DNA of 64,000 nucleotides from Raja brachyura (Eukaryota). The position numbers and the translations under genes are program-made. A model generated the notes under the pieces. The model saw only the letters and a program-made list of their open reading frames with translations. It ran no database searches and was not told the DNA's origin. Each line of letters starts with the position of its first letter. The first letter of the stretch is position 1. Positions 48,845 through 62,180 of the stretch are shown piece after piece. The stretch is taken from assembly GCA_963514005.1 (NCBI GenBank), contig OY740807.1:21018001-21082000 (forward strand), read 5' to 3'.

Positions 48845-49440
48845 GTAGGGAGGAACTACAGATGCTGGTTTACACCGAAGATGGATGCAAAATGAGTAAC
48901 TCAGCGGGACAGGCAACATCTCTGGTTATAAGGAATGGGTGACATTTCAACTCCCCCCTCATATAAGGAATGCTGAACATTTCAACTCCCCCCTCCCATT
49001 TCCCACATTGACTTTTCTGTCCTGGGCCTCCTCCATTGTCAGATTGAGACCCAGCGCAAATTAGAGGAACAGCAAATCATATTTCATTTGGGCAGCTTAC
49101 ACCCCAGCGGTATGAATATTGACTTATCTAATTTCAAGTAACCCTTAGTTTCCCTCTCTCTCTATCCCTCCCTGTTCCCAGTTCTCTGACCAGACTGACT
49201 GTCCCCCTGATTACATAGTATCTCTGTTTGCTTTGTTGTCACCTTCTCCCAGCTAACAATGGTCTATTGTACATTTTCCTTGAGGTTCACCTTTGTTGTC
49301 CTACACTTCCTTGTCTCTGTAACTCCCTCTCCCCTGACGCTCATTCTGAAGAAAGGTCTCGACCCGAAACATCTCTCGTTCCTTCTATCCAGAGATGCTC
49401 CCTGTCCCGCTGAGTTACTCCATTTTGTGTCTACCTTCAA
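48845..49440 (+). mobile_element. Penelope-like element 3' part preceded by an inverted terminal repeat
   Basis: GIY-YIG C-terminal coding remnant, ctgaagaaaggtctcgacccgaaac core, and an inverted copy at 48850-48945. Confidence 0.85.
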
Positions 49441-50694
49441 AGACATCAATGAACTATTGTGTTAAAGAAGGAACTGCAGATGCTAGAAAATCGAGGGCAC
49501 ACAAAATGCTGGAGAAACTCAGCGGGTGCAGCAGCATCTATGGAGCGAAGGAGATAGGCAACATTTCGGGCCGAAACTCTTCTTCAGACAATGAACTAGT
49601 TGTGTGATTGACCTTCTAATAAGTTTCATGGTAATCATCAGAAGTACCAGCGTTTAAATTCTACATAATTAACCAAATTCATGAATTGCCACGCTGTGAC
49701 ATGAACTCATATTTTGGATTATTAATAGATTATAACTTTTAAATGTAACAAAACAGCACTTCCTACATTAAAACTAATCAGCAAACCATGACAGACGAAC
49801 CTGACAGCATATTTGACATTGCAACAGTCCACATTTATTTCTCTCATTATTTTCTTCTCACTCTCCCAGTTTCCGTTGTAACATCATGAACCTTGGTAGA
49901 GAAAAGCGAAGTTAACAGTTTGGGAATTAAATTGGAGACCTTTTTGGTCAATGTATTCTGCTGCAGACAATGGAAAATCACTTTGAATTGTAAACTGGGT
50001 TGTAGTTGCTGTTGCCATGTTGCTGTGCAGACTGAACACAGAATCACAAGAACTCTGACAATTCTCATCTTTCAGTGCACTTCACCTCTTGGGTAATAGA
50101 GCTTCACTCGACTGTTTTAAAGAAATACATTGTAAAGCATATTTTAAAATGTTTTCTTTCAAAAGTACTGGTTTATGCAGACCCTTTTAGGACCAGGTGA
50201 ATTCTCTGCTGACTATTTCAAACGCGGCCTGAGAAGCAATATTGTGCGTGATGAACATGGATGCTTTCTCTCTCTCTTTGCTTTACTTGCTTTCCATTCA
50301 AGCTTTGAGAATATTCAGAGCACAAAGAGCTAGTAGACTAGCTGACATTTCTGACATATTATGGTATCCCAGTTGTTCTAATCGGCTCTTTTAGCTGGAG
50401 TTTAGTGCAGTATATCCTCCAACTCTCCTCTCCAAATTTTCCTTAATTTTTTTACTATGGAGATTTGAGGCTCTTAGGAATAATGAATATAGTAAGCCTC
50501 CAATAACCTTCTATCCCATTGTTCAGAATTCCTTATGGTTCGGCATCCAGCTCACTGGTTGATGTTTCCAAACTCACTGGAGCCTTGTTTCCCAAGCTTC
50601 TTTTAGTCTTCCCCTGGTCCAATTTCCCATTTTCTCTTTAAACTTGGGTGTTCTCTGGAAAGTGTTAGTATAATTTGTTATGGGGTTTATTATG

Positions 50695-51005
50695 GAGTGG
50701 CACGGTGGCGCAGCGGTGGAGCTGCTGTCCAACAGAACTTGCAGACCCGGGTTTGATCCCGCCTACCGGAGCTGTCTACGGAGTTCATAGGTTCTCCCAG
50801 TGTTCGCATGGGTTTTCTACAAGATTTTCAGTTTCCTTCGCACTCCAAAGACGTGCAGATTTGTACGTAAATTGGCTTCGTATAAGTGTAAATTGTCCCT
50901 AATATGTCCCTAAGGATATATTAGGATAGTGTTAATATGCGGGGATCGCTGGTGGGTGCGGACTCGGTGGGCCTGTTTCTGCGCTGTATCTCTAGCCTAA
51001 ACTAT
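50695..51005 (+). mobile_element. tRNA-derived HE1/V-SINE-type SINE
   Basis: A box ggtggcgcagcgg, B box ggtttgatccc, V-domain ggtttc..cactccaaagacgtg. Confidence 0.85.
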
Positions 51006-51054
51006 ACTTCAGTGTAATATCTTAAAATATAGTAAATTAAAAGTATATTCAAAT

Positions 51055-51297
51055 AGACCCTGACCTCGGGAGGAGGAGGAGTGGATTTTTTGGTGCCTTC
51101 CCTCATAGTGGAAAGTGTTGATTCTGCTGTTGGGGAGATGTTCATGTTGAATCCTATAATGTGTTGTGCTTTTTTTCTTTTTTTTTAATTTTATATGGAT
51201 GTATGATCTAATGTTTTTTTTTTCTCTCTGTAAAGCACTTTGGCTTCAACATGACTTGATTTAAAACTGCTATATAAATAAAAATTACTTACTTACT
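51055..51297 (+). mobile_element. L2-type LINE/SINE 3' end
   Basis: tgtaaagcactttg..gctatataaataaa followed by a (ttac)3 tail. Confidence 0.6.
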
Positions 51298-51894
51298 AAT
51301 TACATGTATTAAAGGTGTAACATCCAATAATAATTGATGATTCAGCACCACCAAAGTCTCAAGGGTGCTGCATATATTTAACATCTCGTTTGAAAGATGG
51401 TGAATCCCTGGGTTAAAAACTCCACTGAGAGTTAAAAACTCCCTTCAAAACTTGAGAGTGAGCCACGATTCTGCATTTGAATCCTGGAATAAGCTTGATA
51501 TTGCAACCAGAGGCAAGTGTATCACTACCTTGGGCATGGTTGATACTTAATATTTTAAACTATTCTGCCAGCTCCTTTCTCTAACAGGCATTTGGGAGAA
51601 ATATGCAGAGCCTTACTCATTTATCCCTCATTTCTTTGAGGGAATACCTTTGCACAAAAGCAGCTGGAGTTGTGAACAGTCAGTTGCCCTACTTTTGAAA
51701 AGAATGGGAGGGCATGTAATTACAATAATTAATATGATTCATCACATCAGAGGCAGTGCCTTCAAGTTCCTTAAGGAAAATGTTAATGTCAAGATAACTT
51801 ACTGATAACAAAGGACACAACGTTTGACAGAACATGGGATGTATGAGAATGTTTTTTAACCATACAATAATCATGTCATTTTCTTATTTTTCAG

Positions 51895-52015
51895 GCCAGA
51901 AATCCTGAAACAAGAGATAAAGGTGTTCTTTGTGAAATACAACGACCCAATATATGTAAAACTGGAGAAACTAGACATCATGATTCGTCTTGCTTCTCAG
52001 GCAAACATCGCTCAG
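51895..52015 (+). CDS. AP2B1: AP2B1 coding exon 7 (ends at codon 353; later exons lie beyond the window)
   Basis: [40 protein letters not shown]; 121 nt; cumulative 1059 nt in frame. Confidence 0.97.
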
Positions 52016-52541
52016 GTCTGTACTCTACAATGCTGTAAGCAGCCATATTATTATTGTCTGTCTCGTAATGAAGGCAAGAGCTCAGGTTTAAAACTGGAGC
52101 ATTGCAAGTAAAGGGAGGTGTAACCTGAAATGTCCTATTCAAAGAAAGCATGCTTGAATTTTTTTGAAAACACTTATTTGTTTAGCATCTGAAATTTCAG
52201 AACAGTAGGATCTTGATTCAGAGCATAGCATCCAGTAGTCAGATGTTATTCATGCAGGTTGGTAATGTCCTACAGTTATACAGTTCCATATATTTCTCAA
52301 TTAACTCATTTCTCCAGTTACTTTGAGTGTGTTAACGCCACTTTATTGTTTATTATCTTTCATAACGGCTAATATTCACCATAGTGGTTTGTACTATCAT
52401 ATTCCATATATTCTGGTCCATCTCAGTGAGGACAGCCTTCGAATAGCCATTGTAATTCCAGCTAATGATTCACTTTTAATATACCCATAGTCCCTCTGAA
52501 ATGCTCTACTCATCTCCTGGATGTTGCTTAGTGATATTTTA

Positions 52542-52853
52542 CAGGCAGTCCCCTAGTTATGTAAAGATTCCGGAAGTACTTCATCTGATTTCTCCAAAGT
52601 CAGAAATGTTTGTTTTCTATAGTAATCCATACTGCATTGCTCTGCGTATAATTGCTATAATTTTATTTCATTGAATACACACCATAATACTAGCTATAAT
52701 TAAACTAATGGAATATATGCAGTATCTAATTATTAGTGAACACCATGAAACATTATTATTGCTATCTTGAAAAATGCTTTATAAATGTAGGAGGGAATTT
52801 GCATAAAATCAAATTTCCATGAGTCGGGTCATTCATGATCTGATGTGCTCCTG
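52542..52853. mobile_element. Decayed Tigger-type MITE
   Basis: ta|caggcagtcccc ... ctcctg|ta: Tigger-like termini with a TA TSD. Confidence 0.55.
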
Positions 52854-55800
52854 TATATAGATGTGAGTGAGGTCCTCTTCACACGTGTTCTCTGGTATGT
52901 CCGATTCAACTTTTATATATATTTTTTCAATCCATCAAAACAAGCATGTTATATATTTAAATTTGATGAATCAAAAGTTCATACAATTGGCTGAGGGAAG
53001 TTATAAAGACATCTCTATTTTCTACCTCTGCCAAAATCTTGACATCAATCCCCCGCTAATTCCTCACCTAGGTTGGACACATACACACAACTTGTTTATC
53101 TCAGCTGGATTACAACCTCCACATTCCATCCATTGTCAGAGCTGTTTACTTTATACAACATAGGCTGTATTCCAACATCTCCCTACACTATTGCTGAAGC
53201 CATTATCCATATTTTGATTAATCTTCTCGGCAGCTTTCTGTTTCGGCAACCCCCACTCTCCAACTTCCACCCATAAAGCTCAAGCTGCAAAATCCTGCTG
53301 CGCCTAGTGCTATACTGAGATCTGAAGAATGGTCTCGATCTGAAACGTCGCCTATCTCCTTCGCTCCTTAGATGCTGCTGCACCCGCTGAGTTTCTCCAG
53401 CCTTTTGTGTACCCACTGAGGTCTATGAGTTTGTTTTCACATTATTTTTCCATCTCCAAATATCATGTTTAAAATCGTCAGCTACAAATTCTTTGGTGCT
53501 TTTCCCCTACCGTTGCATTGCAACTGTTTTCTGGCTCTCTAGGCCCCTCTCACAATCCTCAAATTCGCGATACCGATGCAGGGTCTTGACCCAAAACATT
53601 GACTATCCCTTTGCCTTCATAATTGGTGCTTCATTTGCTGAGGTCGTCCAGCAGTTTTTTTTTTTTGCTCAAGTTTCAAATCCTCTGTATCCTTTCATAC
53701 ATTTTTCTTACAACCCCACTTCAATTTGTCAGTAGCAGAGCGTGCGATTGTTAGCAGCTTCATCGCCAGATTCTTACCCACCTCAAAATTCCTGGAAACC
53801 ATGTACGAAAATGTCATACTTGACAAAGTTGTGACCGTATGTCAGTATTCTGCCAAATGAGTAATGCTTAATGCAAGTTGTTTGGAAAAGTAGTCGTTCC
53901 AAATGTGCAGTGATTCATCTGATAATGGTCCAAGCAGAGTAGGCAGAGCATTAATGCTGGCAAGAGCTAAGTGATCCCCTTTCACCTTGAACTCTTCAAT
54001 CTGCTGTTTTCGATTTGTCTTGTGCTAATGCTGCACAGACATTTGAAGAATAAATAAACTCCGAAAGCAGGCCTTGATCTGGAATGTTTGCTGTGGCTTG
54101 CGTTTGCAGAGATTCTACATGCCCAGGCTTGTTGAGTGTGCCAATTACATACCATGCATTCCATACAGCAAATGCATCCTTGTCTCTTGTTGCAGGAACT
54201 TGAGATGTACTTAATAAAAGGATTATTTGTATTAGAAAAGTTATTCATGTGTGGAAATCACTTTTTATTGTAAAATTTGTTTTAATAAGTATTAGCTTGT
54301 TAGTCGCTGTTGTTTAATCTTTGAAGTGTGCTGGCAAGCTTTGCTGCCTGCAAAAAGCAATGTATGTTTAATACTCGTTTAAGGCTCAGAATTAAAGGTT
54401 AATACACAGAGATAAAACGTGTTAAGGGCAACCTTTGTTTTGTTTGGAGAATCATCTATTGAGTAATGTTATTTGCTGTTGATAGGCAATTTAAGAAAGC
54501 TTTATTTACTTGACACACAGTGTAAAATGACAATTATCACAGCAGGCTAACAAATTTCGTGACTGGTAATCCCAATTCATAAACAGCAACAGATTTCCCA
54601 ACCTATGCTTATGCAAAACTTGCATATCTTTAAAAACATGCCCTCTCACTGAATAACATGGAATGTTGTTGCTGCCAAACCCAAAACAGAAGCAGTGTAC
54701 AATATCCAGGGTGTGGAAATCTATTTGGTTGGGGATGATTGGCCCCGATGAAGAGTTTCTATCTAAAATATAGACCATTCCTTTTCTTCCACAGATGTTA
54801 GTCGACCCAATGAGTTCATCCAGCAGTTTGCTTTTTATTTAATTTGTTGTTGATATTTTAAACACCTCACGATAAAATGGAGGCGTTACCTCAGGTCAAA
54901 TTTTGGGCCCATCCATTTTCAGTTGCATCATCAATGATTTTCCTACCATTATCAGGTCAAAGACGGCTATATTTGCTGATTGTGCAAATCAATTCATTTG
55001 CAACTTGATGAAATGAAGCTGTCCATGTCCACACATAACAAAACTTTAGACAAATCCGTGGTCGAGCTGTTAAATGATGGGTACCATTTACATTACGTAT
55101 ATAAGGCAATGACTCTTTCCAGAAAAGAGAATCTAGCTACATTCATGTAGTGAAAAAAAACAGAATATAGTGTTACAGCGTTATCCTTGATACTCAATGA
55201 CATTGCCATTGCTGACTCTCTACCATCAATTGAGGGGGTCGTGGTGAGAGAGGAAACCAGCCATGTTTATATTTTGGCTCCAAAAGCAGGTCATAGGCAG
55301 GGTATCCTGCTCCAAATGACTCTCCTCCTGATGCTGCACGTGTAGCAAGATCAGCAGGTGCAAGGGGACGCCAGCTCTTGTTCGTACCGTGGCAAGGCGT
55401 GCACTTGACTTGGGAATATTTTGCTCATCATTCTTTGTGCCAGGCCTCAATCCTGTAACTTCTTATCTGCTAGATTTGGAGGTGCAACTTCACATGAAGG
55501 ATGGCAGTTGTTCATGAACCACCATTTCTCAAGGGTATTAGAAATGTTGGCTTTGCTGCATGGCCAATATTTTGAAAAACAAATAAAAAGTCTGCTTTCT
55601 GAGATAGATTGAGTATTATTGGTTTATTTTTGTCACGTGTACTAAGTTACAATTATTTTAAAACTATCAAGCCATCAGCAAGTACAACATGTTGTGAAAA
55701 GAGAAAAATACTAGAGTGCAGAATGTAGTGTTATAGTGTTATAGCATTACAGCCACAGAGAGACTGCAGATAAAACAAAAGAGCACGGGCTGCAATGCGG

Positions 55801-56564
55801 TAAATTGAGCTTTCGAGATTACATCCTTAGCTTTGACTTGTTTCATTTATGTCTGTCTTGTTTTTTGTTTTTTTCTTGTGCTCGCATGTTTGTAGCCTCT
55901 TCCAACTCTACAGCCTCAACATTAACATTGCTACAGCTCAGACTTCTGAAATATTCCTTGTCACCTTCAGCCCAAGCTCAATAAGACCCCAAACTCTAGG
56001 ATTTCCTGTTATGCGTTTTCTACTTAAAGATGCTACTTGACGTCTACACCTTTGTTTAGGAAATGCTAGAAATAGTTAGCAGGAAAAGTATCAACTTGAG
56101 AGGAGGGAGGGAGAGAGGGAGAGAGATGTATTGGCCTTCACTGAAAGGATGCACAATAGTAGCAAACAATTAAATGATGTCCTGAAGGCGATCAAAACTC
56201 TGATCCATCAGGAATTGCTGCCTTCACGAGAGAAGCTTTATAAAGTGGCAAGGTGGGTTTAAAAAATATTTTTTAAGGAACGTTACCTGAAAATTTCTTG
56301 TAGCATTTTATAATTTTATCATCTAATTGGAGAGTGCAGAACAGAATTGAAATTCGTGAGCAGCTTATATCGAAGCTGATAAGGAATTATACTTTGAACA
56401 AAAAAGAAACCAATATCTATTTGTTACACTATTTTTAATGATCTGTCATTCATTTTGAATAATATATTCAGATGTGTGTAACTCAAGAAGGCAGCATTGC
56501 ATCATTTGTGTTACTGTGCATCGTGTTTGTACTGAATATTGATATTATGCTGGGATCTGGATTT

Positions 56565-57170
56565 CATAGAAACATAGAAACTAGGTGCAGGAGTAGGCCA
56601 TTCGACCCTTCGAGCCTGCACAGCCATTCAATATGATCATGGCTGATCATCCAACTCAGTATCCTGTACCTGCCTTCTCTCCATACCCCCTGATCCCTTT
56701 AGCCACAAGGGACACATCTAACTCCCTCTTAAATATAGCCAATGAACTGGCCTCAACTACCTTCTGCGGCACAGAATTCCACAGATTCACCACTCTCTGT
56801 ATGAAAAATGATTTTCTCATCTCGGTCCTAAAAGACTTCCCCCTTATCCTTAAACTGTGACCCCTTGTTCTGGACTTCCCAACATCGGGAACAATCTTCC
56901 TGCATCTAGCCTGTCCAACCCCTTAAGAATTTTGTGTGTCTCTATAAGATCCCCCATCAGTCTTCTAAATTCCAGCGAGTACAAGCCGAGTCTATCCAGT
57001 CCTTCTTCATATGGAAGTTCTGCCATCTCAGGAATCAGTCTGGTGAACCTTCTCTGTACTCCCTCTATGGCAAGAATGTATTTCCTTGGATTAGGAGATC
57101 AAAACTGTACGCAATACTCCAGGTGTGGCCTCACCAAGACCCTGTACAACTGCAGTAGAACCTCCCTGCT
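56565..57170 (-). mobile_element. Young CR1 (HER1-like) LINE 3' end
   Basis: (catagaaa)2 tail; reverse complement of the 22435-22862 copy. Confidence 0.92.
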
Positions 57171-57787
57171 TCAATGTGGTTGCAGAGCCTTTGTGATCCA
57201 GTTCACTCAGTCACCCATGTACAGTGGCATGCTGCAAGTGGAAGATGTGCCTGAAGAGTTTGTGTAACAGAAGCTGGTTGTAGCAGTTTACATGAAGCAA
57301 ACATTGACAGGATTTTGGTTTCTCCCAGTTGTGTTAAGTATTGAGAGCTCTGCAACTTCTTTTCTGTGGTTGCCATTGTGCTGTATGTTGTCAGAGTGCT
57401 ACAGGTGAAGGGAAGAACTTTGCAGTGATGAAATCTCATGTAGCACTGACTATCAAGGTTCTGTATAAATCATTCTGATTTCAGTAGTACAGTTTAATCC
57501 TCTGATTTCACTAACTGTTTGCCCCCGATGCTTCTTCCTGCTCAAAAAGAAGCAATGAGGATTTTTTTTTTTTAATGTTCTCCAGAGCTACATCAAAGTT
57601 ACAAGAACCGCTACTTTACTGAAGTTATTTATGCTTCTCCCTGGCCTCTTTGCACTCAATTTCAAATTATTTTACTGTGGTTTTTCCACACAAACTAGCA
57701 TCTGTGCACCTATACAGTTACTAGAAACGGATGCTTCAGGCATTTTGGGGTTCTCCCTCTACTTCGCATCTTAATCCTGACCCTGTT

Positions 57788-58085
57788 AGGGCAGCACAGG
57801 GCTGCGGAGGTAGAGTTGCTGCCTCACACAGCCAGAGACCTGCATTCGATCCTGACTACAGGTGCTCTCTATGTGGACCGTACATTTTCCCTGTGGCCTC
57901 GTGGGTTTTCTCTAGGCGTTCCAAATTTCCTTGACGTGCAAGTTAATTGGCATCATTAAATTGCCCCTTGTGTGTATGATGCAAAGGTGGGACAACATAG
58001 ATCTAGTGAATGAGTGATTAATGGTCAGCTTGGAATCGGTGGGCTGAAAGACCTGTTTCCATGCTGCATCTCTAAACTAAACTGT
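57788..58085 (+). mobile_element. HE1/V-SINE-type SINE
   Basis: ggtagagttgctgcctcaca..ttcgatcctgactac head and (taaac)n tail. Confidence 0.8.
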
Positions 58086-61000
58086 AGCTCCACACTACCT
58101 ATCTGGTAATCTCAGTATTAATTTTAAAATAAACTATCCCATTCTACAGAATGGCTAATTTCTCTGGCCACTTTTTTTTAAATTCTAAGATTCGCACTTG
58201 CATTGAGATGGCCTGCCTGCCCACAGTCATTATCAAAAGTGAATCATACTTCTCCGCTTACATTCAATCCAATGCATTGCTTTTTCTCTGCCCCATTTTA
58301 AGTTTGCTTACATCATTGATAGGATAATCCCTCAAGGCAATTGTATTGATAAGAGGGCCAGAAGATCATGGACATTGTTCTTGGATCTGTGGACTGGATC
58401 AACCTCCTTATAAAGATGAGAATAATGCTGCATTTGGCACAATGTTGAAAACATGACTGAAATTGAGTACACATGGAAAAATGGGTGCTACAAATGCCAT
58501 ACTTTTATCAGCTGGTTTAACCTTGTTGATTTACTTGTGCCGTTGCACATTTGGCTCTGCTCATGTGTTTCCTTATTCGGTAGTCCAAAACCTGCGGAGG
58601 GATTCTTGAAGTTGGCGGCAAATTGAATCTGAATCTGAATCTGAAATCCAATAGTCAGCTGTGCTGCTCAACTCCACATGAAGCCCAGCAGCGGAGCAGA
58701 AACCTTCTGAAAGCTAATTGTTCCTGCAGCAAGTTAGACATGTCGCAGAGTTTGCACAGCCATTGGTTTCAATGGGAATTTCAGTGCTGCGCAGTGAAAA
58801 GGAGTGCAAAGTAAAAAAAAATCATTAAGCATTTCTGGATAACACTTTTTAATAAAGTTATTTGCTTTTTAAGCTGTTTATTCCAATTCTGATAGCTTCT
58901 AAATGATTTTGAAAGAATCATGTTTGAACCACCTTTTCTTGAGAGGTATCCAATAAATCCTTATGTTCGTCAAATTCTTGGCTTTTACACCTCAACGGAC
59001 GTTATGGAAGCAGTATAAAAGTTTGACAGCTGTTCGTAAATGGCTTGATGAAGCACTGATCAAATGCTGCATTGATTGCAGGGTGCTCGTATATAAAGTG
59101 TTTCGTCTGCACTTCAGTTAGGTCTACACTTTTTTAACTGCCCTTTATGACAGTTAACTCCTATTGAAAGATTTTTTTTTAAAGGTTAATATTTACTGTT
59201 ATTTTAAGTCATATAAAGTATATTTTGGATAGGAAATGTTTTTTACAAATTTAGCCCAATGTGGGATGCATCTGCTCCCTTACTATATGACTGAAATGTC
59301 AAAATAGATGACTGCAAATATTCATTAAAGTTTAAGTTATTAAGCGACGCACATTAATTGTTTGCGAGTTGCTTATGTTCGTCATATTATTGGCTTTTAC
59401 ACCTCAAATTGTAATTGGAGCCTGCAAACTATTACATCCAAACATTTCCTGTGCCCCATTGCGTCTTTGCTGAGATTTGTGACATTTTTATGGTTGAATA
59501 AATTAGTACTAAAGCAGCAGATGTAAGATGTCGTTTTTCTTTTACATAGCCTGTTATGATCTGCAATACACTGTGTGTAAAAGATAGTGGTGGAAGCAGA
59601 ATCTGTCATAGCTTTTGAAAGGAATTTGAATGCACAAGATTTGGAGATCTACAATGCACACGTAGGAACGTTAGATTTATTGCATACCTCTCAACATGAG
59701 TTGGTTCAAACATGATAGACTGAAAGCCTTTGTTGTATTGTTGTCAACATCACTGTGTAAACCAACTGAAAAATTAAAGAAAAACTTTTGGTGATGTAAA
59801 TCATAACTAAAATCTAAGCACTGGATGTACTCAAGGTTGGGCAGTACTGGTTTGAGAGAAACAGCTTGCGTTTCAGGTCAACATCCCTTCATCAGAACTA
59901 TCTATTGTAGCTCATGGAGGGAGAAGTTCATCTCTTAGTTGCCAGTGCTGAACACATACACAGCATTGCCCAGTGGTTGCTTTCCTTTATTGGCTTGTTT
60001 CTTTTCATTGACGTGCAATGGATCTGAATCTGCAGTTGAATTGGCAGCCAATACCCATGCACTTGTTTAGATCAAAACAAATGCCTCCGATTTGGACTCC
60101 TACTGGAACGGATGGTAGACACAAAATACTGGAGTAATTCAGCAGGGCAAGCAGCAACTCTGGAGAGATGCTGCCTGTCCTGCTGAGTTACTCCAGCATT
60201 TTGTGTCTATCTTCGATTTAAACCAGCAACTGCAGTTCTTTACTGCACTACAGGAATGGATGCTAGTTAAATATCTTTGGAACAGCTCTCCACTTATTCT
60301 GCCATTTGGTTAGACGAGTCGATCAGTATCCTTGTACTGCTCCCCAACAAGGCAATCAAAAATCACAAGAGACCACAGATGATGGAATCTTGAACAAAAC
60401 GCAGGTTGCTGGAGGAACTCGAGAGCAAGAGGTATTGAGTGCAATGAGATGCCTCATTGCAAGAGGCATCTGCAGAAGGAAATGGACAGATGTCATTTTG
60501 GATCACGACCCTTCTTCAGATTGATAGAGTGTATTCCATTTCCCTCCCTAGATGCTGCCTGACCCACTGGGTTTTTCAAGCAGTCTGTTTCGTGTAGCAA
60601 CATGTTATCTTATTTATTTGGCTGAAATGCAAATAAGTATAACCATTATAACCTGCAACCATTCCAAGACCAATACGTTCTCAGTAAGCTACAGTTACTG
60701 ATAAATTGTTTTTGTTTCACTATTATAATAGGTGCACTGTATGAAAATCTGAAAGTGCAGTGTAGGTTGCACTAGTTGTGCTGAACAATTATTTTGTGGC
60801 ATGCAATTTGGGTTTTCATCTGGTATTTTGAATCTGTTGATGGGTTCAGAATTGCAGTTTTGCAAATTTGTAGTTTAATTGGATCAACTGATGAGGATAA
60901 TTTGCTACGCTTTGACCTATGTTAGAAAGCTGCTTTTAGTCTGCATGAAATAGACAAGGTCAAGAATGTGTTTTGTTTTAACAATGATATAGAAATAGAC

Positions 61001-62180
61001 AGGTCAAGCACCCTTGACACTGTAAAATCAGCGCAAAGTATGTAGAGCTTAATCTGTATTTGTTGCTGGTTGTTTTACCTGTTCTTTACCTCCGAGAATT
61101 ATGCTTTCCTATACCTAGAGTAAGTGTGTGTGTATGTATATGTATAGATGTGACTTTTACCAAAACTGTGTTGATGTTTTACTATCCTCCATTTCCCATG
61201 CTTGCTTGTGAAGGTCAGTATCCGGAGGCTTATATTGATTTAATCTTTATGTAACAAAACCAAGACACGAAGTGGCAGGTTTCCATGAATCATCCCAATA
61301 TTTCATTTAATTCAAAACACACTCTATATGTACACCCTTTGGACTTGCATAGCATGATGCAGTGCACCAAACACATTTAAGAACCTTGCACAGGAGTCAA
61401 ATTAAAGTATTTATGTGAAGAGAGGTTTCAAACTGCAGTAAACTGCAGTCTCATCAATATCTTGTACTGCTATAATATAACCTCTCAACGCTTCTACACA
61501 AATTACATCGCATTGCTATGTTTTTACCCATTCATTCAGTCATAGCCACTCGATGTCTCTTTGCATTGTCTTTGCAGTTCACTGCGCCAACTAGCTTTGT
61601 GTCATTGGCATCATCTCAAAACATTACATTCTGTTCCTTCATCCAGAGGGCTTCATCCAGACATGGTGAAGGGCTTAATTCAACATGTCTAAAGAAGGGT
61701 CTCAACCCGAAACATCATCCGTTCCTTCTATCCAGAGATGCTACCTGGTCCACTGAGTTACTTCAGCATTTTGTGCCCATCTTATGATATCCCATGCAGT
61801 GTTCATTGAACTGGTGATTTTAGTTAATTTGTGACTTCAAAGAAATTTGCTGTATGTTAATTTATGTTTTGGTGTGACAGATCAATCTTAAAAGTAACTA
61901 AAACGTTATAGATCTCTGAAAAAATTTTGAGGGCTTTGCTATTTAACAATAAAGGAGTACTTATGCAAAGTAACATGTATGTGTAATTTTTAAGATCTGT
62001 TTGAACCATGATGAGATGAGAGTTCAAATTCGATTATGGTAGCTGAAGAATTGATATTCTTAATTTTATTAATTGAATTTAAGTTTAAAAATAAGCTTTC
62101 TCAGTAATGGTGCTGATGAAATTACCAGGACATCATAATAACTCAGTTTGTTCATTAGTTATCTCCAGTGAAGAAAATGT

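Noticed and set aside
19413-52015. Alternative assignment of the adaptin as AP1B1
   Set aside because: Diagnostic residues ([33 protein letters not shown]) and adjacency to PEX12 fit AP2B1.
54196-54273. Possible alternative terminal AP2B1 exon (good acceptor, 25 in-frame codons)
   Set aside because: The peptide has no adaptin similarity, and such acceptors are common in long introns; unsupported without RNA data.
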